Below, one piece after another: positions 20,701-29,993 of a stretch of DNA of 64,000 bases. The notes beneath the pieces were generated by a model. The model saw only the letters and a program-made list of their open reading frames with translations, did not search any database and was not told the origin of the DNA. Within the stretch, counting starts at the first letter, position 1. Each line of letters starts with the position of its first letter. The stretch is taken from the NCBI GenBank assembly GCA_041742865.1, contig JBGTNW010000143.1, positions 8,203 through 72,202 of the forward strand, in the 5' to 3' direction. Source of the DNA: Phormidesmis sp. (GTDB lineage: Bacteria > Cyanobacteriota > Cyanobacteriia > Phormidesmidales > Phormidesmidaceae). A program made the position numbers and the translations under genes.

Positions 20701-22666
20701 CCTCGGCGCTTTTATCAACCCTTTCATCGGCATTTTCAAAAGTGGCGGCGATACCGAGCCCTAGGGCGGGAGAGTCCTCGTAGGCATCTGGGATATCAGG
20801 AACCGTAGCAGATTCAGGCTGAAGTTCTGGCTCTGTTTCAACAACGGCTGTTTCAATCAAGTTCTCCTCAACCAAATCGTCTTTAGTCAGGTTCTCTGTG
20901 GTTGAATTCTCTGCGGCTGGATTCTCTTCGACTAAATGCGCTTCGGCGAAATGTACTACTGGCTCAACATTTTCTGCTTCAAAATCCTCTGCAAAGACTA
21001 AGCGGTCATTGCTTGAATTTTTGTTTGTTTCCTCGTCATCAATCTTTAAATCAGGCCCTAAATCAGGTAAGACGTCGGCTAGCGCCGTTTCTTCTTCTAC
21101 GGTTTCTGAGTCTACATTAGCAAAGGCTAAATCGGTGAGATCTAAGTCGGCAAGGGCAGCATCAAGTGTTAGATCTGCTAGTGTTAACCCTGCTAAGTAA
21201 GCGGCATCGGCAGTCGGTGTGACTTTGGCTTCTATCGCGGGATCATCGGTTTCGGTTGCCGCAATTTGGGCATCTGCTGTGGCTGCATCTATCATCAGAT
21301 CATCTGCCGACAGCGCCGTGTCATGATCGCTGCGATCAATGTCTAGATTCATTCGATCTAAATCGATGGTGCCATCGGCTCGGATAAAGTCTTCTGGCTC
21401 AAGTAGGCTGCTTTCGATATTTTCAGTGTTTTCGGTATTTTCGCTGGTGTGGCTACGGCCATCAGGCAAAATCTCATTGAGAGATGCAACGGTATCTGTT
21501 GCGGAGAGATCAAGAGAGGGCGTAAATAGGGGAGATGGCTCTGAGTGATCCGCCTGAGCAGTCTCTGGCTGCGAGAAAAAGGCAGGCTCTGGTGGAATGC
21601 TAGGGCCAAGCTGTTGAGTGAGGTGATCGACTAGCGATCGCACAATCACCTCACCCTGACGACCTAAGCTATGCATATTATCTAACCCTTCATTTAGCGA
21701 AATTTGATAACTGTCAATATTTCGCTGTAGCGTTTCAAACATCCGCTGCAAGGTCACGTCAATATTTGTCAGTAGCTGATCGGAGCGTGACTGTAGCTCC
21801 TCTAGCTGACGGTTGGGCAGGTTAGGGGTAATGGCTACGGAGTGATCGACTTGATCGATTTGATCGGTTGACTGTTCGCTAGGATGTCCCTGAATCGCTT
21901 CGGCTTCGGTAGCAGCAGACAATTGGGCTATAGCCTCAGCGTAGTCCACCTCTAACTGGCTCAGCGTTTGCCTGACCTGAATCGAAAGATTTTCCTGTAG
22001 ATGCTCCATCAGCGCCGTCAGAAACTGATTGAGCTGAGTCTCATCAATGCCTGCTGCGCCTGGCTGACTCACATCGAGCGACGCCTGACGAACCTCCTGA
22101 CGGATAGATTCCAAATTGGCGGCTTCTAGCCTAGCCGCTTCCGAGCTAGCCTGACACTGGGCCGATAGTGCTTTCACCTCATTTTGCAACGCCTCACGCT
22201 CAGAACTCAGGCCGTCGATTTCTAATCGCAGCGGCTGCAGAGCGCTAGACTTTAGAAACTTCATTTCCGTGAGCAAAGCTTGCAGGACATTTTCAGGTGA
22301 ATCCCCAGCTACTGCTGCTAATGCTGCACTGCCAGATCCCGTCCCAGATCCCGTTCTCGCATCTGTTCTTACACTAGATAGAGGAAGCTGAGCTTGAGGC
22401 ATTTGCTGACGCCCGGGAGCTGAAGACCTGGCAGGTTGAGACGGCGCAGGTACTATCTGCCCTGTATTTGGATCGACAGGCCCCCAACCACCGGGGGCCT
22501 CAAACGTTTGCTGTAGTGACTTCAAGTAATTTTGAGCTTGAAGCAAAGCCTGCCGCTGAGGCTCAAGTTCACTCGCTCGAATCCAGGGCTTCCGGGGCTT
22601 AGGTGCGCCTAAAACCTGCTCTATATCAGCAATGAGTGATTGAATCTGATCCTTCTGAGAAGTCAC
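17798..22666 (-). CDS. Large protein: N-terminal coiled coil, long acidic linker, C-terminal Hsp70/actin-like domain
   Basis: WFLGIDLGTTGLSA phosphate-1 motif and VVCTGGSASL; D/E-rich middle. Confidence 0.8.
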   Translation of the reverse strand: MTSQKDQIQSLIADIEQVLGAPKPRKPWIRASELEPQRQALLQAQNYLKSLQQTFEAPGGWGPVDPNTGQIVPAPSQPARSSAPGRQQMPQAQLPLSSVRTDARTGSGTGSGSAALAAVAGDSPENVLQALLTEMKFLKSSALQPLRLEIDGLSSEREALQNEVKALSAQCQASSEAARLEAANLESIRQEVRQASLDVSQPGAAGIDETQLNQFLTALMEHLQENLSIQVRQTLSQLEVDYAEAIAQLSAATEAEAIQGHPSEQSTDQIDQVDHSVAITPNLPNRQLEELQSRSDQLLTNIDVTLQRMFETLQRNIDSYQISLNEGLDNMHSLGRQGEVIVRSLVDHLTQQLGPSIPPEPAFFSQPETAQADHSEPSPLFTPSLDLSATDTVASLNEILPDGRSHTSENTENTENIESSLLEPEDFIRADGTIDLDRMNLDIDRSDHDTALSADDLMIDAATADAQIAATETDDPAIEAKVTPTADAAYLAGLTLADLTLDAALADLDLTDLAFANVDSETVEEETALADVLPDLGPDLKIDDEETNKNSSNDRLVFAEDFEAENVEPVVHFAEAHLVEENPAAENSTTENLTKDDLVEENLIETAVVETEPELQPESATVPDIPDAYEDSPALGLGIAATFENADERVDKSAEALPNHLLSELEIDSQTAERIALEANDAELGLPLPDLVSDLEEAVVFEAQAPLPTTLSVDSLPLDSSAIPDRPTATAVDVLAAEPPIEDQDLEVETDKSSDESSVAPLEASLETEEDAEKAVNNDLLDDSVSLLSPEEDSETALPLPPADFDDDLDFHGTSAPAQVIASAMSEGSTTESTELSDDALEGIFSAIPELSSERTDTSSAISNSVGLTDLDSLDELLELDNLEDSEFSESSEYSELIDKPVESDALSMENELSTVDELVKADEPDELDEPDEIIAVDEPGGRPLTTAMPVFETSASTSALADPEVIDGSTNEPPVIDSFVDQPYVIEPPTASLQSAAEEPIDPFVTAELDRQPILDQGGDNLADPQLAAWFLGIDLGTTGLSAVLINQLDNQVFPLCWNVAGDHQTNRFRLPAVVQINPSAQLDQGLSSVGIVGPLALQQGDQLLRNLKPLLKVGIPRESSGEPFIQWSDYQALPLKDLQAALSDLFKTLSVEKLSCRAIELTSETLRRALADLKGVIVGYPNNWPDTYSFNIREAVLASGMVTRPDQIYFVEETITALLSVLPTPNAVTDQLDTQQPGLYNCNWSGATVVISAGATLTESAVVTLPDELDQLSYQDFALRSFTYAGDGLDQDIICQLLHLPIQDQQVSGSTATDSTVTEDASWQSLGLHQLILPRVGEADRSQRHRLRQRLHSSSLGRAVLAAARSLKVALQEDSQYELALGDQQWVIKRKDLESKIFVPYIQRINRQINGLLEQKNLSAQLVNQVVCTGGSASLGAIARWLRQKFPNATIIQDTYSGEYSNSCSRVAYGLANLCNYPQILNQNRHQYSDYFLLLELLRVLPDQPLPAGGILHLLEQRGINTRACQSHILALIEGHLPPGLVPTEGDRPMISAQSSDTETYQRLAELPLFKKQGGQIYIADVEQGKRLHTYLDALIAAKSQTLKLPLTVDLIAQSLTSRA

Positions 22667-23167
22667 AATAGGTGCCTGTAATAGTCAGCGTAGCTGTGAG
22701 AGTTAGCGAATTTGTCACTGTCAACGAGCAATTGCCAGGATTCTTCAATACAGGGCAAGCGCACCGATGGCAAGTGCACAAAGTTTAAGCTAGCAGCGCA
22801 AAAAAGCACAGTCTAAACTGTAGATATTTTTTAAGCTGCAATTTTTAATTGTATTTTTCCGGATATTTCCGGGCTGTGGATAGGCAATTTCTAAAAAACA
22901 TCTAAAAAATCCTTCAAAATTTAACATCAGCGGTCTTTATTCGCGAAAAGTATCTCATAGCAACGCCATGTATGGTCTATATATCGGGCATATGTAGGCA
23001 AAATTTCAGTAGTTTTACGACGTCTTCGGTGCTAGAGTTAGCGTGCTTCACGGTCTCTAGCAATGTCTCCTGCGAAGTTTTTGGCAAAACTTGGGAGGAT
23101 TTGATTGCGGCCTATAATCACGATTGATATATGATCAGCCCTATTTTTTGAACCCAGCACATAGCCA

Positions 23168-23863
23168 TTGCCAATGGATTCACGCCTTCCCAATACAAGC
23201 GAACTGATCCGCATCACGCCATTTTTTTCAGCCCTTAGTCCAGAAGCGGCTGAGCAAGCCGCTTCTCAAATTGTGGCTCGTCGCCATCCGGCCAATCAAG
23301 TTATTTTGCTAGAGAATGATTGGGGTAGCTCGGTCTATTTTATTTTGGAAGGCTGGGTCAAAATTCGAACTTACAACCTAGAGGGCAAAGAAGTCACACT
23401 CAATATTTTAGGGAAAGGGGAGGTGTTTGGGGAGATGGCTCCTTTGGAGGAAATTCCTCGCTCTACGGATGTAATTACGCTAGTACCGACTGTGATTGGC
23501 AACATGCCTGCGCAGCATTTTGTGAACTTGCTCAATACGGAGCCGTTAGCAGGGCTGTATTTAGCGCGGTTGATGGCCAAACGGTTGCGACAGGTGAATC
23601 GACGGCTGCGGCTGCGCGAATCGGATAGTCAGTCGCGATTGGCTGATATTTTATTATTTCTGGCAGACGGTCAAGGTAAAGCGGCGGGTCAAGGTATGGA
23701 GATTCCGAACTTGCCGCATCGGGAGCTCAGCGGGCTCAGTGGACTAGCTCGCGAGACAGTTACGCGAGTTTTGAGTAAGTTAGAGAAGAAAGGACTGATT
23801 GAGCGCGATCGCGACGTCTTAAAAATCATTGATACCGAAGCCCTTGAGAATCTGCTTGTATAG
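23168..23863 (+). CDS. Crp/Fnr family transcription regulator
   Basis: cNMP-binding FGEMA...PRS; HTH GLARETVTRVL. Confidence 0.92.
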   Translation: MPMDSRLPNTSELIRITPFFSALSPEAAEQAASQIVARRHPANQVILLENDWGSSVYFILEGWVKIRTYNLEGKEVTLNILGKGEVFGEMAPLEEIPRSTDVITLVPTVIGNMPAQHFVNLLNTEPLAGLYLARLMAKRLRQVNRRLRLRESDSQSRLADILLFLADGQGKAAGQGMEIPNLPHRELSGLSGLARETVTRVLSKLEKKGLIERDRDVLKIIDTEALENLLV

Positions 23864-23872
23864 CCCTTACCC

Positions 23873-24775
23873 ATGACCATTGACCAACCCGCTGAGCCGC
23901 TGAGGCCAGATGATGCCTTGCGCCTAAGTCAAGATCTGCCAGAAAATTTGTCAGATGACGACGCGCCGTGGATTTCGGACGACGATGCGAGTGGGCAAAT
24001 AAGTCAGCTTGATCCTACGTCGCTCAAGCATTCGGCGCAGCTTTTTCCGATTCCACCCGCATTGCCAATAAATCCATCTGAAGCTGCCGCCCAAGCTGCT
24101 AGTCTAGCTAGTACAGGTAACGGCAGTCATCGTCAGGCTATAGGGCCCCTGCCGCTAGTAGAAACGGCTTTTTTAGCCAGTGCGGCTAGCCTAATGTGGC
24201 TGATCAACACGTATTTTCCACCCGGCCCGCTGCTGCGAATTTTATTTCCTTTGCCAGTAACACTGGTGTATTTACGGTGGAATGTTCGCGCTGCTTGGAT
24301 GTCGGCTACTGTTTCAGGGCTACTGCTGACTATTTTATTAGGGCCAACGCGCAGCATTTTCTTTGTCATGCCCTATGGCTTTTTGGGTGTCCAGTTAGGC
24401 TGCTTGTGGCGACGCGGAGCCCGCTGGGAGATTTCGATTCTGACCGGGGGATTGCTGGTAACGCTCGGAACATTTTTCCGAATTTGGTTGCTGTCGCTGT
24501 TAGCTGGTGAAGACCTATGGGGCTATCTGATTGCCCAGATTACTCAGATGATCGATTGGCTCGTGCGACTATTTACGAACTGGGGCTGGATTGGGCTTGG
24601 AGCCTGGGGTCAGCCGAGCATGGAGTTAATTGCGATCGCCTCTGTATTGGTTGTGCTGTTTTCTAGCATTGTGTATCTATTCACCGTACATTTGGCCGCT
24701 TGGCTCGTGCTAAAACGCCTAGGTGTCGCCATGCCGGAACCTCCTGACTGGGTACAGGTGCTTCTAGAAGAATAG
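23873..24775 (+). CDS. DUF2232 (YybS-like) membrane protein
   Basis: LVETAFLASAASL, LLGPTRS, C-terminal PPDWVQVLL. Confidence 0.8.
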   Translation: MTIDQPAEPLRPDDALRLSQDLPENLSDDDAPWISDDDASGQISQLDPTSLKHSAQLFPIPPALPINPSEAAAQAASLASTGNGSHRQAIGPLPLVETAFLASAASLMWLINTYFPPGPLLRILFPLPVTLVYLRWNVRAAWMSATVSGLLLTILLGPTRSIFFVMPYGFLGVQLGCLWRRGARWEISILTGGLLVTLGTFFRIWLLSLLAGEDLWGYLIAQITQMIDWLVRLFTNWGWIGLGAWGQPSMELIAIASVLVVLFSSIVYLFTVHLAAWLVLKRLGVAMPEPPDWVQVLLEE

Positions 24776-24787
24776 GTATGGCACGTT

Positions 24788-25894
24788 ATGATTCGCACTC
24801 ATGCTGGCGACGCAGACGATTGGCTCAGCCAACACCAAGGGCAGCGACCGGTATTTGTTTGTATTCTCAGCTTTACTGAAACCAGCCTCATCCCTAATAT
24901 TTCCGCTGCCGGAACAACGCCTCAGGCTCGGCAGTACACTGCCCTAGCCGATGCTGATTGGCTGCTCAACGGCAGCCAACGTCGCCGCTATCCACTGACA
25001 CAGCTAGCAGCAGGCGTCTCTCCAGCCGTCATCAGTCGTGCAATCTTGAGACAGCAGAATATTTCAACGTACTTGCTGAGTACAGGCTTACCTCACAAAT
25101 TGAGTTTGCCGCACATATCTCTGCCACGGGTAATTGCTCAGCCCATCCAGACGGGCAAGGCGATGGATATCCATCAGGTCCAAGCGCTGCTGCAAAGCGG
25201 ATTGAATTGGGGGCGTAAGCTAGCAAAGCACGGAAATTACTTAGTTATAGGCGAATGTGTGGTCGGTGGGACAACGACTGCGCAAGCGGTGCTAACGGCC
25301 CTAGGCTATAGCGTTCAGGGCTGCATTAGCAGTAGCCATCTCCAGAGTAATCACCGCCAAAAGCAGGCACTGGTAGAGCAGGGGATTGCAGCTTGGCAAG
25401 CCCATAGCAAAACCATAGATCAGAGCGCTTCAAATGGGAGTGCCTTGCCATTGGCAGCAGTCACCGCTGTCGGCGATCCGATGCAAATAGTGGCTGCTGG
25501 GATGGCGATCGCGGCTAGTCGCCAAAGCGGCGTATTGTTGGCAGGTGGAGCGCAAATGCTAGCGGTATATGCCTTAGCTCAAGCACTTGCGCAATCGGGA
25601 ATTTCAGCCTATGGCTGGCAGCGCAAGCAGGTTGTAGTGGGCACTACCCGTTGGGTCATTGAAGATCCTAGCGCTGATACCATCAAAATCGCCAAAGCCA
25701 TTAACGCACCCTACTTGGCTAGTCAGATTGACTTTAGCCAATCTCCCTACTTTCAGCTGCGAGCCTATGAGCGGGGCTTTGTTAAAGAAGGAATGGGGGC
25801 CGGAGGCTGTGCGATCGCTGCTCACCTGTATCAAAAATGGACAAAATCGTATCTACGTCATGCCATAGAAACAGAGTTGCGCGCCTGCCTTTAG
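24788..25894 (+). CDS. cobT: CobT-like nicotinate-nucleotide phosphoribosyltransferase
   Basis: IGECVVGGTTTA, VGDPMQ, LAGGAQM, YERGFVKEGMGAGG. Confidence 0.85.
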   Translation: MIRTHAGDADDWLSQHQGQRPVFVCILSFTETSLIPNISAAGTTPQARQYTALADADWLLNGSQRRRYPLTQLAAGVSPAVISRAILRQQNISTYLLSTGLPHKLSLPHISLPRVIAQPIQTGKAMDIHQVQALLQSGLNWGRKLAKHGNYLVIGECVVGGTTTAQAVLTALGYSVQGCISSSHLQSNHRQKQALVEQGIAAWQAHSKTIDQSASNGSALPLAAVTAVGDPMQIVAAGMAIAASRQSGVLLAGGAQMLAVYALAQALAQSGISAYGWQRKQVVVGTTRWVIEDPSADTIKIAKAINAPYLASQIDFSQSPYFQLRAYERGFVKEGMGAGGCAIAAHLYQKWTKSYLRHAIETELRACL

Positions 25895-25960
25895 AAACAG
25901 CCTTACAGTATTTTTTATACCCTCGCCTTTAAGGGCAGTGCGGGAGCTATCAGAACTGAG

Positions 25961-26338
25961 CTATTGGAATCGACAAGCTAGAATCTGCTCTTCCAAAGCA
26001 GCCATGCGATTGTAAGCAGCCGTTAGCTGAGCTGTAAGACGCTGAATCTGAATTTGAGGAGACACCGCCGGAGACGTGCTTAATTTATCGCCTTCCAAGT
26101 GAGGCTCATCGCTTAAAATATCCTTGTGCATCATCGTTGGGTCAACAACGCGATGTAGCGCCACCGAAGAAAGATTGGCAGATCGCAAATGAGGGGCCGA
26201 GTCACCATTTGAGAGGCTTTGCACCTCAGCGATTCTAGTTACCTTGTCAGTGAGTTGCTCCATCAGCTGGTACAAGCCATCGACTTTACCGCTCAACTCA
26301 AATACTTGCTTTTGTACAACGTCCATAGCCATAGGCAT
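25961..26338 (-). CDS. Cyanobacterial coiled-coil hypothetical protein
   Basis: HKDIL and QIQRLTAQLTAAYNRMAALEEQ motifs. Confidence 0.75.
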   Translation of the reverse strand: MPMAMDVVQKQVFELSGKVDGLYQLMEQLTDKVTRIAEVQSLSNGDSAPHLRSANLSSVALHRVVDPTMMHKDILSDEPHLEGDKLSTSPAVSPQIQIQRLTAQLTAAYNRMAALEEQILACRFQ

Positions 26339-26600
26339 ATTGGTTAATCCATTATTTTATCCAATTCTAGGGATAAAATTCCCGATCCAGTGTTGACACA
26401 CCGGATTATTTAACTTTTGAATAGTCTAGTTGTTGATAAGCCATGCCGTAGGCTGTCTGGAAACTAGCTAGCGGCGAGGTTTCCACAAAATTGACAGGTG
26501 GTCAAATCCGAACCCCAAAAGGCGCTCAAACCTTCACAAGGCGATCTATAATTCTCATGAAGTGTAAAGAAACTAAGTCCGCTTAGCCGTTAGAGGTTTT

Positions 26601-27005
26601 ATGAAATTGATTGCTAAAGCTTTCCGCAAATTGGGCGCTGTCTTCATGATGGCTGCTCTTATCATCAGTAGCTGCGCCATTTTGGCCTCTCCCGCTTTGG
26701 CTGCTGATCACGTTGTCAAAATGGGTTCAGATAGTGGCTTGCTGGTGTTTCAACCCGCCACTGTTACCATTGAGAAAGGCGACACCGTAACTTGGGAAAA
26801 CAATAAAATGGCTCCCCACAACGTCGTCTTCGATGCTAATGGCGTGCCAGGTGGGAAAGCAGTCGCTGACAAACTCACTCATTCTCAACTCACATTTGCA
26901 CCGGGTGAATCTTACAGCAGCACTTTTGATGAGGCTGGTGAGTATACATACTTTTGTGCGCCTCATCGCGGCGCGGGCATGGTAGGCAAGATCGTTGTTC
27001 AATAA
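26601..27005 (+). CDS. petE: Plastocyanin
   Basis: Signal peptide; copper ligands PHNVVF and CAPHRGAGM. Confidence 0.97.
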   Translation: MKLIAKAFRKLGAVFMMAALIISSCAILASPALAADHVVKMGSDSGLLVFQPATVTIEKGDTVTWENNKMAPHNVVFDANGVPGGKAVADKLTHSQLTFAPGESYSSTFDEAGEYTYFCAPHRGAGMVGKIVVQ

Positions 27006-27111
27006 CTAGTTAATAACCAGTAAGTTGCGCGATCATTTGCTAGCAGTTGGCCACTTTAGTTATTAATACCTAGAGTTTGATCTTTAGTGAGCAACTTGCC
27101 TAAAGTTTTTT

Positions 27112-27149
27112 AAAGGGAGGAAGAAAGTATTTTCTTACCTCCCTTTATT
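27112..27149 (+). terminator. petE terminator
   Basis: aaagggagg...cctcccttt hairpin followed by T-rich tail. Confidence 0.7.
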
Positions 27150-27561
27150 GTTTGACAGCAATAAGCAGTTTTTTGAAGGTTCAGGGTATGTTTTAGCGAG
27201 TCTAACTTTAGGCTGCCATAGCTGGTGTTATATTTTGCGCGCGTTCAGTTTTAAGATACGGAAGAATATTGTGAATCGGGTGTGATAGTCTTGAGCCAAC
27301 AGCTCTGATTGTAAAGACTTTAAGGCACTTGAGTCAGTTGATTTGACTTGTGTAACTTGGTTGATCATTGGCCGTGGCTTACGTGAAAGGCTGAGAAAGT
27401 CAGCGTGAGAGGCTAAAAGAGGATCGCTCAGTCGAGATTGAAACTCGCTTCTAAGTAATTCAATTCCTGAAAACCAGCCTTTGAGATTAGTCTTTAGTAA
27501 AGTTGGTCATTGAGATTCCGTATGCAATTGTTTAGAAGCTTGTCGCTGAGGTAGATGACCT

Positions 27562-28251
27562 ATGAGCGATACAACTGCATACATAGCAGGCTGTGCGACG
27601 ACAGGTGTAGCTGCTTTGGTGTTACTGGTCGCCCGAATTGGCATGGTAAGCACAGACAGTAATAGCGCTAACCACTTGGGCGATCGCCTCGCCCGGATTG
27701 AAGCTACTTCACCCAACCTTCAAGCAACCACTCAAGCCACAAAGCAGATGGAGTTTGAACTGCGCAGTGAGCTGGAAAAACAGCGTGAGCTGACGCAGAA
27801 ACTAGAAGATCAGCTCAATAAGCAATCTGACCTTTCGAGCTCGTTAGAAGCCCAAATTAAAGAGCAAGAGACTAGGAACCAAGATTTGCTGGCCAAAGTG
27901 CAAACCTATCAGCGTTCCGTAGAGGATTTAGAGCTACAAGACAAAATCGCAGCGGCTAGCGAACCTCGCACCCGTAACGCTGGCCCGCCAGCATCCGTCA
28001 TTTGGCTAGGGATAGGGGTTGTCATCGTACTGCTATTGGGCGGCGGCGGACTAATTTTGTGTGCCATTCTCTTGATTTTGCAGTCACAGCGCCGCTCAAA
28101 TCGTCCGGCACCGATGCCGCCCCCCCTTCGGATGCCGCCTGTAGCGCCCTATCGCTATTACGATCAAACCTTTTTGCCGCCTGCTCACTTGCGCTCACAG
28201 CACCCGTCCTACTACGACTATCCGCCTTCTCCTTACGACTACACCCCCTAG
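27562..28251 (+). CDS. Membrane coiled-coil protein, PatN-like architecture
   Basis: Hydrophobic N-terminus, Q/E-rich coiled coil, TM helix, Pro/Tyr-rich tail. Confidence 0.6.
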   Translation: MSDTTAYIAGCATTGVAALVLLVARIGMVSTDSNSANHLGDRLARIEATSPNLQATTQATKQMEFELRSELEKQRELTQKLEDQLNKQSDLSSSLEAQIKEQETRNQDLLAKVQTYQRSVEDLELQDKIAAASEPRTRNAGPPASVIWLGIGVVIVLLLGGGGLILCAILLILQSQRRSNRPAPMPPPLRMPPVAPYRYYDQTFLPPAHLRSQHPSYYDYPPSPYDYTP

Positions 28252-28302
28252 CCGCTAGTTAACTGTTCGAGAAATGGTTGCTATCAGCTCATCTAGCAAG
28301 AT

Positions 28303-28367
28303 ACAAAAATGACCACACCATTTCTGAAACTGATGATCGCCTAACTCGAGTTAAACAAAAGTTCTAG
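28303..28367 (+). pseudogene. Frameshifted remnant homologous to the 5' end of element gene 39751-39975
   Basis: TISETDDRLTRVKQKF* versus TTSPESDDRLVRIEQKL; both preceded by caaaaa-tgacc context. Confidence 0.75.
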
Positions 28368-28599
28368 CCATCCTATCCATTGAGATAGAAGGCCCTATCA
28401 ATAAATTTTGATAAATTTGATATTTATCAAAAGACGATTCAATAGAGGGGGTATAGCTAGCCTTTACGCTGAATCGCTAGTGCCACTATTACAGTCAGCC
28501 TTTCCACAGTTCTCAATAGATGAACCTGCTGAACCTGACTACAGTATCAGCAGACTCTCTAGTGAGTATTGGGAATAAGTATTTAGAATGAAATTTAAC

Positions 28600-28642
28600 G
28601 AAGGCGGCACCCAGATTCGAACTGGGGGTAAAGGATTTGCAA
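28600..28642 (-). repeat. att core (left): 43-bp duplication of tRNA-Cys 3' half
   Basis: gaaggcggcacccagattcgaactgggggtaaaggatttgcaa is identical to 41217-41259. Confidence 0.97.
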
Positions 28643-28762
28643 GCTTTTTTGAAAAGCTGAAAAGCCTTCGTGTGTAGACTTTTCAGCTTTTTCTCTTTTC
28701 TGCTTAGCTTATGCCTAATCAAAGGGCACCCTTACAGAGTTTTTAAGGGTATTGAATTATTT

Positions 28763-29104
28763 ATGGCTGAGCCTACTTTGACCGATATATTCGGCGCTGG
28801 CGCTAACCAAACCGCCTCACTAATAACGATTTCTAAGGCTGATTTGGCAGCGGTCGGCCTAACAGCATCCGCTGACAATACGGCTGAAAGCTTGCTTGCT
28901 GCTATCGTCCTTAGAGCCAAAACAGCTCTAACACAAACGACCTTTGACTCAAACATTGACCAAAGCATAACTATTGAGAGCGGTTTCGATAGCATCGTAC
29001 AGCGAGATACCGGGAATAGCCTGTTTGCTAACTACAGGCAATTTCAACAAACGGTTTCTTTCTATCAAGCTGACCTTGCAATTTTAGACCCCGATAACCT
29101 GTAA
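28763..29104 (+). CDS. Hypothetical element protein (candidate structural), 113 aa
   Basis: Likely start MAEPTLTDIFG; TAATG coupling to next gene. Confidence 0.8.
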   Translation: MAEPTLTDIFGAGANQTASLITISKADLAAVGLTASADNTAESLLAAIVLRAKTALTQTTFDSNIDQSITIESGFDSIVQRDTGNSLFANYRQFQQTVSFYQADLAILDPDNL

Positions 29105-29739
29105 TGAGCTGCCATTCGCAGATAACACTAACAACCCCCTGTACAAATGGCAGCGTAAGGTACGGTGGGACTGCTCTAAACGGCTTTGGGCAATATGTTT
29201 ACCATGAAGATGTCATACAGCTAAGCGGGACTTTTTCTGATATCTGTATGACGATTTCCTATTGGGGAACGCATCAAGGGCAAAACTATCACCGTGTTTT
29301 TATTAATGGTGTGCAATCAGGCGCTGGATGGCTTGCTGATGTTCGGCTAATATCAACGGATTGTGCAGGGGTAGCACCTCCACCGCCGCCGCCAAGAGCT
29401 TGTATCTACAGTGAAATAATCAGCTTAGAAGCCTGTCGGGGGGGAGTGCACACCTTTAAGATTTTAGGAACGGCTTTGGGCGGGGATGCTAGATATTATG
29501 ATGTGGAGTTTTTTTACACTTTAACCAGTGATGCATCCAGCGCATTGGCTGAAAGCCGCAATCATCCTTTTGGTCAATTCCAGGGAGAGCAACTGTATCA
29601 GCCATTTATAAACGGCATTGCGGTTACCGGGGCTGGTTTTCGATGTGGCTTTAATATCACTGCTACTAGCGAATGCCCCCCTGATTGTTCTGATTGCTGT
29701 CGTGAATTATTGCCCTTACTGAGGAACATACGAGTATGA
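29104..29739 (+). CDS. Cys-rich two-repeat protein with polyproline linker and C-terminal CxxCC motif (candidate receptor-binding)
   Basis: Two related units (GTALxG, GxxQG, FING..GAG) split by PPPPPP; ends CSDCCRELLPLLRNIRV. Confidence 0.8.
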   Translation: MSCHSQITLTTPCTNGSVRYGGTALNGFGQYVYHEDVIQLSGTFSDICMTISYWGTHQGQNYHRVFINGVQSGAGWLADVRLISTDCAGVAPPPPPPRACIYSEIISLEACRGGVHTFKILGTALGGDARYYDVEFFYTLTSDASSALAESRNHPFGQFQGEQLYQPFINGIAVTGAGFRCGFNITATSECPPDCSDCCRELLPLLRNIRV

Positions 29740-29993
29740 CGTAGACACAATAGCTCTATTTTTCCATTGATGGGAATAGAGCTTTTCATCAATACGATAG
29801 TCAATATCCTGATAACTTTGGGATTTTGGAATATCTAGTGTTTTGGGATTCAAGGGCTCAACGTCTTTGTACTAATGGGGCTGGATGCATTGACTATCCG
29901 CCTGATGCTGTGATTGAGCCTGATCCTAGAAATCCCGGCTGTAGCGAGTGCTGTAGATCGCTTCTTCCCATTATTAGAGGCATAAGAATATGA
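29736..29993 (+). pseudogene. Hidden paralogue with CxxCC C-terminus, interrupted by two early TAG codons
   Basis: MT*TQ*LYFSIDGNRAFHQYD...[19 protein letters not shown]; ATGA overlaps with both neighbours. Confidence 0.75.

Noticed and set aside
19737-21548. Ser-rich plus-strand ORFs
   Set aside because: Antisense shadows of the acidic linker of the 1622-aa gene
28600-28642. Second tRNA-Cys gene
   Set aside because: Only the 3' half is present, with no D-arm or 5' acceptor strand; it is the att duplication
29736-29753. Element-wide TAG recoding to explain the two in-frame stops
   Set aside because: TAG ends other tightly packed element genes (rep at 35138, lipoprotein at 38993) and no suppressor tRNA is seen
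29104-29993. Diversity-generating retroelement target
   Set aside because: No reverse transcriptase and no template/variable repeat pair differing at adenines in the window
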